NCBI GenBank assembly: GCA_016124635.1
Contig: WGNJ01000018.1
Coordinates: forward strand, 276,551 to 340,550
Reading direction: 5' to 3'
Length of the DNA: 64,000 bases
Source of the DNA: Alphaproteobacteria bacterium
GTDB taxonomy: Bacteria > Pseudomonadota > Alphaproteobacteria > Micropepsales > Micropepsaceae
Positions 27,151-36,210 of this stretch are shown in pieces (positions within the stretch are counted from its first letter, which is position 1; each line of letters opens with the position of its first letter). Under the pieces are notes generated by a model. That model worked only from the letters and a program-made list of their open reading frames with translations. It was not told the origin of the DNA and made no database searches. A program made the translations under genes and the position numbers.

Positions 27151-27624
27151 ATGAGCATTCGCCTGCTAAGAATCTCAGCGATGACGCTGCTTGCAGCCGT
27201 GTTCGCTTTGTCGGCTGCCGTCGAAGCCGCTAACGCAAAGGGTTTCCAGCGTATTCAAAACCGCTGGAAACCGAACGAGTACATTCACATCGAGAACGGC
27301 GAGGTCGAAGCCGGACCGATCGAACCAGGCTGGTGGAGCGCGCAGTGGAAGATCGAGCGTGTGGACGGCTTCGTCCGCTTCAGGAACAAATGGAAGCCCG
27401 ACCAGTATCTCCACGTCGAGCATGGCGAGTTGGAGGCTGGGGAAATCGAGCCGGGCTGGTGGAGCGCAATGTGGATTCTCGAACCGGCGGAAGCGGGCTA
27501 TGTCCGGATCTGCAACCGTTGGAAGGAGGGCACGTGCATTCATATCGAACACGGTGAGATCGAGGCCGGCCAAGTCGAGGACGGTTGGTGGAGCGCCATG
27601 TGGCGCCTGCGCCCGGCGAACTGA
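27151..27624 (+). CDS. secreted protein built from three internal 42-43 aa repeats (beta-trefoil-like)
   Basis: Signal peptide MSIRLLRISAMTLLAAVFALSAAVEAANA. Three copies of G[FY]xR[IF]xN[RK]WK..xY[IL]H[IV]E.GE[VLI]EAG.[IV]E.GWWSA.W. AAGGAG SD lies upstream. Confidence 0.8.
   Translation: MSIRLLRISAMTLLAAVFALSAAVEAANAKGFQRIQNRWKPNEYIHIENGEVEAGPIEPGWWSAQWKIERVDGFVRFRNKWKPDQYLHVEHGELEAGEIEPGWWSAMWILEPAEAGYVRICNRWKEGTCIHIEHGEIEAGQVEDGWWSAMWRLRPAN
27241..27621 (+). repeat. intragenic tandem triplication (units 27241..27366, 27367..27495, 27496..27621)
   Basis: The protein-level repeat is obvious by eye. The nucleotide units are diverged but alignable (for example GGCTGGTGGAGCGC recurs in each unit). 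Confidence 0.85.
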
Positions 27625-27647
27625 CCTTTAGATTTGGACTCAAACTC

Positions 27648-27676
27648 AACGGGCGCCATTGCGGCGCCCGTTTCGT
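27648..27676. terminator. hairpin terminator between convergent genes (AACGGGCGCC-ATTGC-GGCGCCCGTT, then TCGTT)
   Basis: 10-bp perfect stem 24 nt after the stop at 27624. On the minus strand it lies about 130 nt beyond the stop of 27805..29655. Confidence 0.7.
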
Positions 27677-27804
27677 TGACAACGCCTCGCCGGCTGCTTG
27701 CGGGAAGAAGACACTGAACCGCGGTGATAAATGGGACGGGCTCGCGCTACCCTGTCTCGTGCCTAGACGCGAAGGGCATGCCAAGCCGGACAACAGCGGC
27801 GATC

Positions 27805-29655
27805 TCAATGCGGCGGCCAGACGATGTCCGCGTCTTCTCCGGCTCCGCCAGGTTCGCCGTCGCGGCCGAAGCTCTCGAGCGTGATGGTCCCCTCGGACGA
27901 AAGGCGATAGACGAACACGCGGCCCCAACCGTCACGCAGCATTTCGTCGTTAGCTAGAAGCGGGCTGGTCGCCGTCGATCCCGGTGTGGCGCGCAGCAAG
28001 GAAGCCAGCGTGTCGGGATACTTGCCTTCGAGCAGGCGATACGCCTCAAGCGCGCTTCCGATCGTCGCGATACGCGCGCGCGTCGTTCTCTCGTGCGCCG
28101 CAGCGGCACCGCGCATGAGATCGATCACGGTCAACGCGATGAGCGGCGTGACAATCGCAACGACGGCCAATGCGTCTACAAGCGCCGCAAGGATCGGCCG
28201 GCGCCGCACCGGCGGTGCGTCCAAGGAGACCTCGCTCATCGCAAGATCGGATTGTGAACGGAGTGCTTGGCGCAGCGCCGCGGTGTAGCTCGCGCTGGTC
28301 GATGTCGCGGCCGTCAATATCTTCAAGCGGCCCGTCGCCGTGCGATACCAGCCTATGCAAGCGCGCTTGCCGCCACCTTTCGTGTGCGGAAGAGCGTCGC
28401 TCGGCAACGACATCTCGCGCTGAAGAAGCCGCTGTGCCGCCTCACCGTGCGCAAGATGCGGAGGCAGAATAAACAACGTCTTCTGCTCATGACCGGCGGC
28501 GCGAATATGGCCGAGCTCCCAAAGGACGCCGTCCGTGTTGTCCATGACGACGACGACCGCACGCGCTCCATTCGCAAGCTTGGCGACGGCATCTTTCCAA
28601 TGACTCTCATCGACGAAGGTGCGCGCGGCGCCGAACGGCGCGGGCCGGCCCGGCAGACCGATAGCGACGACGGGACCGATCGGCGTACCTTCTTCGAACA
28701 GGAGGTGATCGAAACGCGGGCGGGGCTCGCCCAGCGACATGAGCCAGCGGAAGGGTCCGCGTCTCGGGCGCTTCAGCTTGACCTGATCGTCGCCGAATGA
28801 CCGCAGGAAGAGGATCGCGGGCCGATGGTCGACGGAGGCGATGGACTCAAGGGAGTTGCGCGCGGTCGTGCGCGCGAGCCACCGCAGCGCCGCCGAGATC
28901 GCCAACAACGCCGCAACGATAAGGGGAATGAACACGACGGTTCCAAGGCGTTCGGCGCAGTGAAGGGCCTCAACTTGGCCGGGCTTGAAACAGGCGGCGA
29001 CGTCGGCCGCTTGATCGCGCAATCCGCCCAAAACAAAGACGATAGCGATCCCGGCGCCCAACGACAGCGCAAGCGTCGTCGCGGCAAAGAGAGTGGCGGC
29101 CGCAACCCGCCTTCCGCTGCTCGGCAGCCACGCGCAAATCGGATGAATATTGAGGAGGCTCGCCGCCACGCCCGCGACATTCGCACGACCCGGCGCGATC
29201 GCGGCGACTGCGTTGCGGACATTGCGTCGCGCCGTCACGAGACGAAAGCCGTCGAGCGTTACGCGCAGCGCGAATCCTAGGGCAAGAACTGCGCCCGCTA
29301 CGTTCATGCCGATCTCGACAGCGTCGCCGGAGGCGAGGAGATTGGTGAGATCGATCGCGCCAAAGGCGAATACAAAACCGAACAGCACCGTGCCGACAGC
29401 GAGCGGAACGCGACGGAAGAGGACCATGCTCAAGGTCCAAGGCAGGGCGGTCATGAGGAAGCCAAGCGCGATGGCCATCATCGTCGGCCAAATCGGCCCC
29501 ATCGTCGCCGGACCTATCGCGGCGGTTACCAGCAGAAGGATGACCGACAACAATAGAAAGGCCGAAGCGAAAGCCGCCAGAAACGAAGCCGCCGCCATGC
29601 CTTTGGCGATGGGATCGAGCGCGACCTCGTCGAATTCGGCTGAGCGTTGGTCCAT
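27805..29655 (-). CDS. polytopic membrane protein with unassigned central alpha/beta module and C-terminal T2SS pseudopilin G-like domain
   Basis: About 6 hydrophobic helices (29655..28828). A soluble module starting ILFLRSFGDD (28827..28207). A TM helix plus GspG-like HERTTRARIATIGSALEAYRLLEGKYPDT...LRDGWGRVFVYRL...ESFGRDGEPGGAGEDADIVW (28206..27805). The start is ATG 29655 or 29703, and the ORF is open to 29955. Confidence 0.8.
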   Translation of the reverse strand: MDQRSAEFDEVALDPIAKGMAAASFLAAFASAFLLLSVILLLVTAAIGPATMGPIWPTMMAIALGFLMTALPWTLSMVLFRRVPLAVGTVLFGFVFAFGAIDLTNLLASGDAVEIGMNVAGAVLALGFALRVTLDGFRLVTARRNVRNAVAAIAPGRANVAGVAASLLNIHPICAWLPSSGRRVAAATLFAATTLALSLGAGIAIVFVLGGLRDQAADVAACFKPGQVEALHCAERLGTVVFIPLIVAALLAISAALRWLARTTARNSLESIASVDHRPAILFLRSFGDDQVKLKRPRRGPFRWLMSLGEPRPRFDHLLFEEGTPIGPVVAIGLPGRPAPFGAARTFVDESHWKDAVAKLANGARAVVVVMDNTDGVLWELGHIRAAGHEQKTLFILPPHLAHGEAAQRLLQREMSLPSDALPHTKGGGKRACIGWYRTATGRLKILTAATSTSASYTAALRQALRSQSDLAMSEVSLDAPPVRRRPILAALVDALAVVAIVTPLIALTVIDLMRGAAAAHERTTRARIATIGSALEAYRLLEGKYPDTLASLLRATPGSTATSPLLANDEMLRDGWGRVFVYRLSSEGTITLESFGRDGEPGGAGEDADIVWPPH

Positions 29656-29960
29656 CGGCCTCGTCGCGAGTTCCCGTTGAATCCGGCACGAATTCGCAGC
29701 CATTTGCAAGATTCGGGCGCAACGGATTCCTTCTCGCAATCCAACTACGCCTGAGGCGTGAAGAAGGACAGGACAAACGAGACGGCTCGCGCTTTGCCGT
29801 GTCTCGTGTCCCGGCGCGCGGGGCGCGGATTTGCGCAGCGCATGACGTTTGAAACAGGACACGTGCGAGACGGGTGACCCCTGTCTCGTTTGTCTCGCAT
29901 GTCCCGCTTGAGGCGGCGCCAGGCCACCTGCTAGCGTCGGCCTCAAGGGAGACATTCATC

Positions 29961-30929
29961 ATGAAAGATTTTGCGGGCAAGATCGCCGTCATCACGGGCG
30001 GCGGCACGGGCATGGGCCGCGAGCTGGCGAAGCAGCTGGTGGCCGAAGGCTGCACGGTCGCGATGTGCGACGTGTCGGCGGAGAACATGGCGGAGACGAA
30101 ACGTCTCGCCATGGCCAGCGCGCCGCAAGGCACGCGCGTCATGACCTTCGTCGCGGACGTTTCCGACGAGGCGCAAATCCTGCGCTTCCGCGATCAGGTC
30201 AAGCGCGAGCTGGACACCGATCACATCCACCTGTTGTTCAACAACGCCGGCATCGGCGGCGGACCGAGCTTCATCAACTCCTCGCGCGAGGAGTGGGAGC
30301 GCACGTTCAATGTCTGCTGGTACGGCGTCTACTACTCGACGCGCGCGTTCATGCCGATGCTCTTGAAGGCGCACGAAGCGCACATCGTCAACACGTCGAG
30401 CGTCAACGGGTTCTGGGCGTCGCTCGGGCCGTCACGCGCGCACACCGCCTACCCCGCCGCCAAATTCGCGGTGAAAGGTTTTACCGAAGGCTTGATCACG
30501 GACCTCCGGCTCAACGCGCCGCACGTGAAGTGCTCGGTCGTGATGCCAGGCCATATCGGCACGTCGATCGTCGAGAACTCGCGCAAGGTGCTGACCGGCC
30601 ACGGCATCACCGAGATGACGGCGAACGAGGTCGCCGACGCGCGGCGCTCGATCGAGGCGATGGGCTTTCCGACCAAGAGCCTCAGCGACGATCAGATCAA
30701 GCAGCTGATCGCCGAGCGCGCCAAGCAATTCGAAACCGCCGCACCGACCAGTGCCGCGGAAGCCGCGACAATCATTCTCAACGGTGTCAAAGCTGAGAAG
30801 TGGCGCATCCTGATCGGCAAGGACGCCGAGTTCATGGACAGCCTGGTGCGTGAGGCGCCGGAGCAAGCCTACGAGCAGACCTTTGTCGACCGCTTGCGGG
30901 CCGGCGGTCACTGGGGCGGCTTCAGCTAA
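29961..30929 (+). CDS. SDR-family oxidoreductase
   Basis: AVITGGGTGMGRELA cofactor motif, NNAGIGG, and the YPAAK catalytic Tyr-x3-Lys. Confidence 0.9.
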   Translation: MKDFAGKIAVITGGGTGMGRELAKQLVAEGCTVAMCDVSAENMAETKRLAMASAPQGTRVMTFVADVSDEAQILRFRDQVKRELDTDHIHLLFNNAGIGGGPSFINSSREEWERTFNVCWYGVYYSTRAFMPMLLKAHEAHIVNTSSVNGFWASLGPSRAHTAYPAAKFAVKGFTEGLITDLRLNAPHVKCSVVMPGHIGTSIVENSRKVLTGHGITEMTANEVADARRSIEAMGFPTKSLSDDQIKQLIAERAKQFETAAPTSAAEAATIILNGVKAEKWRILIGKDAEFMDSLVREAPEQAYEQTFVDRLRAGGHWGGFS

Positions 30930-30942
30930 AGCGCGCGCCGCG

Positions 30943-33900
30943 TTACTCGGCCGGCTCACGCTCCTTGACGCGAACGCGCGTGGATTGCGGCTTGGCGCCG
31001 TAAACCAGGCGCTCTAGGCCCTGCGAGACGCGCTCCATATAGAGATAGAGCACCGGCGTGATGAAGAGCGTCAGGAGCTGCGACACGAGCAGGCCCGCCA
31101 CCACGACAACGCCGAGCGGCTGGCGCAGCTCGGCGCTCGACCCGGCGCCGAGTGCGATCGGCAGCACGCCCATGAGGGCTGCGAAGGTCGTCATCATGAT
31201 CGGACGGAAACGCAACAAGCAGGCGCGGTAGATCGCCTGCTCCGGCGGCGCGCCGGCGCGCTGTTCGGTCAGCGCGACGTCGATCATCATGATGGCGTTC
31301 TTCTTGACGATGCCGATCAGCATCAAGATGCCGATCATAGCGATGACGCTGAGCTCCATGCCGAAGAGCGCCAAGGCACCGAGCGCGCCCAAGGCTGCCG
31401 CCGGCAAGCCGGTCAAGATCGTGAAGGGGTGGATGAAGCTTTCGTACAGGATCCCGAGCACCAAATAGATGACGACCACCGCGGCCGTAAGCAGGAGCCC
31501 CTGATTGCTGAGCGACTGCTGGAACGTCTTCGCGGTCCCCGAGAAGCCGGTCGTGATCGTCGTCGGCAGACCGACGCGCGCTTTCAACGCCTCGATGCGC
31601 TTGACGGCGTCGCCGAGCGCGACACCGGCCGGCAGGTTGAAGGAGATCGTCACCGCCGGCAGCTGGCCGATCTGATTGACCGACAAGGGGCCCGCCGTGC
31701 GCTCGACATGCGCGATGGCGCTCAGCGGTACAAGCTTGCCGCCTGCGGCGCGCACACGCACGTTATCGAGCGCGGCAACGGTCCAATCGGTCGACTGATC
31801 GAAGCGTATGATCACTTGGTAGCTGTCGCCGGTCGCGTAGATCGAGGCGACCTGCGAAGAGCCGAAGCCGGCATACAATGTCGATCGCAGCTGGCTCGCG
31901 GAGATACCGAGCGCGCTGGCCTTGTCCCTATCGACAACGACGGTCGCTTCGATCGCCGAATTCTCGAGATCCGACGACACGTCGGTGAAGATCGGGTCGG
32001 CTTCCATGGCGTCGTTCAGTTTCTGCGACCACTTGTAGAGCGCGCCGCGATCGATGCCTTGGATGACGAATTGATACTGACTGCGGCTGCGTCGTGCGCC
32101 GATGTTCAGATTTTGGATCGGCTGCATGAACGAGTTGATGCCGGGGATCGCCGCGAGCTGACGGCGTAGCGAACTCATCAATTCGTCCAAGTCCGGCCGC
32201 TGATCCTTGGGCTTCAGCTCGACGAACATACGTCCGGCATTGATGCTGCTCGAGCCGCCGCCGGCGCCGATGATCGAAGCGACGTGCTCGACATAAGGCG
32301 AGCGGCGGAACACGGCTTCGACCTGCTTCTGCAGCTGGATCATCGAGTCAAACGAGATGTCCGGTCTTGCTTGAGTCGAAACTCGGATCTGACCGATGTC
32401 TTCCTGCGGGAAGAAGCCCTTCGGCACGTACATGAAGAGCAGGACGGTGCCCGCGATGGTGCCTAGGAACAGCAGGAAGATGAGCGGCTTGGCGGCGAGC
32501 GTGGCACGCAACATGCGATCGTAAAGGTTGCGCATGCCGTCGAACGCGCGCTCGAGAAAGCCCGAGAAGCCGGTTTGCGCGGCTTGGCCGGCATCGGCCG
32601 CCGTCAGGACCCTGGCGCACATCATGGGCGTCAGGGTCAACGACACGAAAGCCGACGCCGCGATCGCCATGGTCACGACCAGCGCGAACTCGTTGAAGAT
32701 GCGCCCGATCACGCCGCCCATCAGCAACACCGGGATGAACACGGCGATGAGCGACAGCGTGATCGACATGATGGTGAAGCCGATTTCGCGACTGCCCTTC
32801 AACGCGGCTTCAAAGGCCGGCAAGCCGTCTTCGTCCATATGGCGGACGATATTCTCGAGCATCACGATGGCGTCGTCGACGACGAGACCGACCGCGAGCG
32901 TCATGCCGAGCAGCGAAATGTTGTCGATGCTGAAGCCGAGCAGATACATGCCGCCGAGCGTGGCGATCAGCGAGATCGGCACGGCGAGGCTCGGAATAAG
33001 GGTCGCTGATGCCCGGCGCAGGAAGAGGAAAATCACCAGGACGACGAGGAACACCGTCAGCAGGAGCGTGAACTGTACGTCGTCCACAGCGGCGCGGATC
33101 GAGAGCGAGCGGTCGATCAGCACCCCGATCGAGGCCGCGGGCGGCAACCGCTCTTCGAAGGTCGGGATCATCGCCTTGACGCGGTCGACGACGGCAACCG
33201 TGTTGGCGTCCGGCTGGCGCTGCACGGCGAGAACGATGGAGCGGTCGCCGTCGTACCAGCTGGCGCGCTTGTCGTCCTCGACCGAGTCGATCACACGCGC
33301 GACATCGCCCAAACGGACGGTATGATTGTCCTTGGTGGCAATGATGAGATCGCGGAACTGAGCGGCGCTGCTCATCTCCGTGTTCGTTTCGATCGCCAAG
33401 CTCTGATGGCGGCTGTCGATCTGACCAACGGGTGTGTGAGCCTGGGCGGCGGAGACGGCGCTCGAGACTTGGTCGATGCCGATGCCGCGCGCCGTCAGCG
33501 CGGCGGCGTTGAGTTCGATGCGCACCGCGTATTTCTGGCTGCCGTAGATCGTGACCTGAGCGACGCCCGGCAAGGTCGACAGGGCCGGCGAAATGACCTG
33601 CTCGGCAAAGTCGTCGAGCTGCGTCATCGGCAGCGTGTTGCTAGTGATCGCGAGCAGCAGGATCGGTTGATCGGCGGGGTTCACCTTCCGGTACGACGGC
33701 GCGGTCGTCATTTCGACCGGCAGTTGACGCTGCACGCGCGCGATGGCGGCCTGCACGTCGGCCGCGGCCGCATCGATGTCGCGATCGAGATCGAATTCGA
33801 TCGCGATCGACGTCGAGCCCTGCGTGCTCGTCGAGGAGATCGTGTCGACACCGGCGATCGTCTCGAACTGTTTGATCAGCGGCGTCGCAACGGCGTTGGC

Positions 33901-34077
33901 CATCGTGTCCGGCGAGGCGCCGGGCAACGATGCGCTCACGTTGATGGTCGGGAAATCCGTCCGCGGCAACGCAGCGACCGGCAATTGGAAATAGGCGAAG
34001 AAGCCGCCGACAACGAGCGCGACGGAAAGCAGGATCGTGGCAACCGGACGTCGAATACAGATTTCGGAGAGGTTCAT
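30943..34077 (-). CDS. RND efflux transporter permease (AcrB/MdtC-like, HAE1 family)
   Basis: 1044 aa. The N-terminus MNLSEICIRRPVATILLSVALVVGGFFAYFQLPVAALP and the 12-TM/two-large-loop organisation are typical of AcrB-type pumps. Confidence 0.95.
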   Translation of the reverse strand: MNLSEICIRRPVATILLSVALVVGGFFAYFQLPVAALPRTDFPTINVSASLPGASPDTMANAVATPLIKQFETIAGVDTISSTSTQGSTSIAIEFDLDRDIDAAAADVQAAIARVQRQLPVEMTTAPSYRKVNPADQPILLLAITSNTLPMTQLDDFAEQVISPALSTLPGVAQVTIYGSQKYAVRIELNAAALTARGIGIDQVSSAVSAAQAHTPVGQIDSRHQSLAIETNTEMSSAAQFRDLIIATKDNHTVRLGDVARVIDSVEDDKRASWYDGDRSIVLAVQRQPDANTVAVVDRVKAMIPTFEERLPPAASIGVLIDRSLSIRAAVDDVQFTLLLTVFLVVLVIFLFLRRASATLIPSLAVPISLIATLGGMYLLGFSIDNISLLGMTLAVGLVVDDAIVMLENIVRHMDEDGLPAFEAALKGSREIGFTIMSITLSLIAVFIPVLLMGGVIGRIFNEFALVVTMAIAASAFVSLTLTPMMCARVLTAADAGQAAQTGFSGFLERAFDGMRNLYDRMLRATLAAKPLIFLLFLGTIAGTVLLFMYVPKGFFPQEDIGQIRVSTQARPDISFDSMIQLQKQVEAVFRRSPYVEHVASIIGAGGGSSSINAGRMFVELKPKDQRPDLDELMSSLRRQLAAIPGINSFMQPIQNLNIGARRSRSQYQFVIQGIDRGALYKWSQKLNDAMEADPIFTDVSSDLENSAIEATVVVDRDKASALGISASQLRSTLYAGFGSSQVASIYATGDSYQVIIRFDQSTDWTVAALDNVRVRAAGGKLVPLSAIAHVERTAGPLSVNQIGQLPAVTISFNLPAGVALGDAVKRIEALKARVGLPTTITTGFSGTAKTFQQSLSNQGLLLTAAVVVIYLVLGILYESFIHPFTILTGLPAAALGALGALALFGMELSVIAMIGILMLIGIVKKNAIMMIDVALTEQRAGAPPEQAIYRACLLRFRPIMMTTFAALMGVLPIALGAGSSAELRQPLGVVVVAGLLVSQLLTLFITPVLYLYMERVSQGLERLVYGAKPQSTRVRVKEREPAE

Positions 34078-34080
34078 CGC

Positions 34081-35292
34081 CTAGCCCCGAGCGGCGCGCG
34101 CAGCCGATCGGCCCCCGTGCCCGCTGCCTTCCGGTGCTTGCTGTTGGGTCTTGGCGCCGGCGGGAACAGCCTTGACGCGAGCGCCGTCGGTCAGGCGCTG
34201 CTGACCCTCGATCACCACTTGGTCTCCGGCCGCAAGCCCGGTGCTGATCGCGCTCAGTTCGCCATCACTGCCGGCGACTTGGACTTGGCGTGCGATCGCC
34301 TTCGAGTCGGGGCCGATCAGATAGACATACTGCCCGTTCTGACCCGACTGGAGAGCAACCGTCGGAATGATCACGGCGTGCGGGCGAACGCCAACGTCGA
34401 CCTCCACGTTGACGTATTGGCCAGGCCAGAGTTCCTGATTTGCGTTCGGCATCGTCGCCTTGACGGCGATCGTTCCCGTCGATTGATCGACAGCGCTGTC
34501 GAGAAACGTAACGCGTCCCGTTGCGCGGGGCTGCTTGTCGTCGGCTAGCATGGCGCGCGTTTCAGGTCCTTTGCCGCCGGGCTTGCTCATCGCGGCACGC
34601 AACGTCGCAAGATCGCGCTCGGGCAGAGTGAACGACACCCATACGGGCGCCATCTGCGTGATCGTGACCAGCGGCGCCGTATCGCTCGTGCGCACGAGAT
34701 TGCCCGGCGTTATCGACACGGCGCCCGCGCGGCCCGCAATCGGCGCATGGATTTCGGTGTATGTCAGCTGGACCCGGTCGGCGTTGAGCGCGGCTTGGTC
34801 TGCGTCGACAGTCGCTTGCGCGGTCTTTGCGTCCGCCGTTCGTTGATCGAGAACCTGCTTGCTCAGAAAGCCCTTGGCGACAAGATCCTGTCCGCGGCGA
34901 AGATCCGCCTGGGCGCGCGCCAAGGTCGCTCGGTCGCGCGCAAGGTTGGCGGTGTCGCGCGCGATCGCGGCGCGCACTTCGCGGTCGTCGAGCTTGAACA
35001 GAAGCTCGTCTTTTTTGACGATCTGTCCTTCCACGACATGCTGCTCGGCGATCTGACTGTTGAGCCGCGTGGAGACCGAGACTCTTTGGACCGGCTCGAC
35101 CCAACCGATGGAGCGTAAGCGGATCGGAAGATCGGCGATGCGCGCGACCGCCGTCGTCACGCTGGTCGCTTGACCGCCGCGTCCGGCTTTCCCACCGGTA
35201 GTGTCAGCCTTCTGCGCCGGCCACATCCAATACGCCAGCGCACCGACAACCAGGATGCTCAACGCAATGAAAATTTTTCGTTGCGCGCTCAT
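34081..35292 (-). CDS. RND efflux periplasmic adaptor (membrane fusion protein)
   Basis: Lipoyl/coiled-coil/beta-barrel pattern (LFKLDDREVRAAIARDTANLARDRATLARAQADL..., YTEIHAPIAGRAG). It sits immediately upstream of the permease with a 3-nt gap. Confidence 0.93.
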   Translation of the reverse strand: MSAQRKIFIALSILVVGALAYWMWPAQKADTTGGKAGRGGQATSVTTAVARIADLPIRLRSIGWVEPVQRVSVSTRLNSQIAEQHVVEGQIVKKDELLFKLDDREVRAAIARDTANLARDRATLARAQADLRRGQDLVAKGFLSKQVLDQRTADAKTAQATVDADQAALNADRVQLTYTEIHAPIAGRAGAVSITPGNLVRTSDTAPLVTITQMAPVWVSFTLPERDLATLRAAMSKPGGKGPETRAMLADDKQPRATGRVTFLDSAVDQSTGTIAVKATMPNANQELWPGQYVNVEVDVGVRPHAVIIPTVALQSGQNGQYVYLIGPDSKAIARQVQVAGSDGELSAISTGLAAGDQVVIEGQQRLTDGARVKAVPAGAKTQQQAPEGSGHGGRSAARAARG

Positions 35293-35502
35293 CGATGCGC
35301 TGTCCGAGCCGGACGTGTCGGAGACGGTTTCGATATACTCATCGTGGAACCAGAATTAGATCGACGAGGCTCGCCCCTTCGGGAACTCAAACGCTGAAGA
35401 CGCCAGTTTGGCTCATCATTGTGACAAGCCGGATGAGGCCCTGTCACTGTCGCAAATAGGAATACATCTGCCCCTTTTGAGGCAAGGTTAAGGTCGTGCC
35501 GT

Positions 35503-36138
35503 TCACGGCAAGCCGTTGCGTTTCGCGACCTTCTTGGTGCTCTCCAACTCCCTAACACGCCCGGCAATCGCGTGAAGCGTTGGACACTCCTTCGACATCC
35601 AGTCTTTGCCCGGACGCCAATGCGACATGGTCCAGACGTAGAAATCGAGAGCCGATCGCTTTCGCCCCAAGAACCAGGGCCCTTTGATCTGCTTCTCAAC
35701 GAATTTCCAAAGCATTTTTCTGTGATCGTCCGTTACCGCCCTTAGTTTCTTTGCAGCCTGTTCATCCCCGGACAACCAGCGTTTCGGGTCGTCCCCATAA
35801 GTGAACGTCGGATAGACAGCGGCGACCAGAAATACGAGCCAGCGCAAGAACCGGGCGCGGTCGCGATCCGTCGGTGCCGGCGCCAACTTTGCGGTGGGCG
35901 CACGCTCCGCGAGGTACAGCATTATCCCCGCGCTTTCGCTCATCGCGTCACCGTTCGGCAAAATCAGCGTCGGTACCTGACCGAGCGGATTGAGCCGCTT
36001 CAAACGTCTGCTGCTCCAGCCGGTGTCTTCCCACGGAATGTCGACAATCTTCAGCGGGAGCTTGGTTTCGGCGAACGCAAGCTCGACGATCATCGAGCCG
36101 CCGCCTTTGGCTGCATAGAGCGTGTAGGGCTTCGGCAT
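35503..36138 (-). CDS. glutathione S-transferase family protein
   Basis: N-terminal thioredoxin-like domain with LNPLGQVPTLILPNGDAMSESAGIMLYLAE. Confidence 0.88.
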   Translation of the reverse strand: MPKPYTLYAAKGGGSMIVELAFAETKLPLKIVDIPWEDTGWSSRRLKRLNPLGQVPTLILPNGDAMSESAGIMLYLAERAPTAKLAPAPTDRDRARFLRWLVFLVAAVYPTFTYGDDPKRWLSGDEQAAKKLRAVTDDHRKMLWKFVEKQIKGPWFLGRKRSALDFYVWTMSHWRPGKDWMSKECPTLHAIAGRVRELESTKKVAKRNGLP

Positions 36139-36210
36139 TTCATCCCCTCAAGTTAGAGAACAGCGTAGCATGTGCACTCGCTGTCGTGAGAAGATGCGGT
36201 CTTGGCAAAA

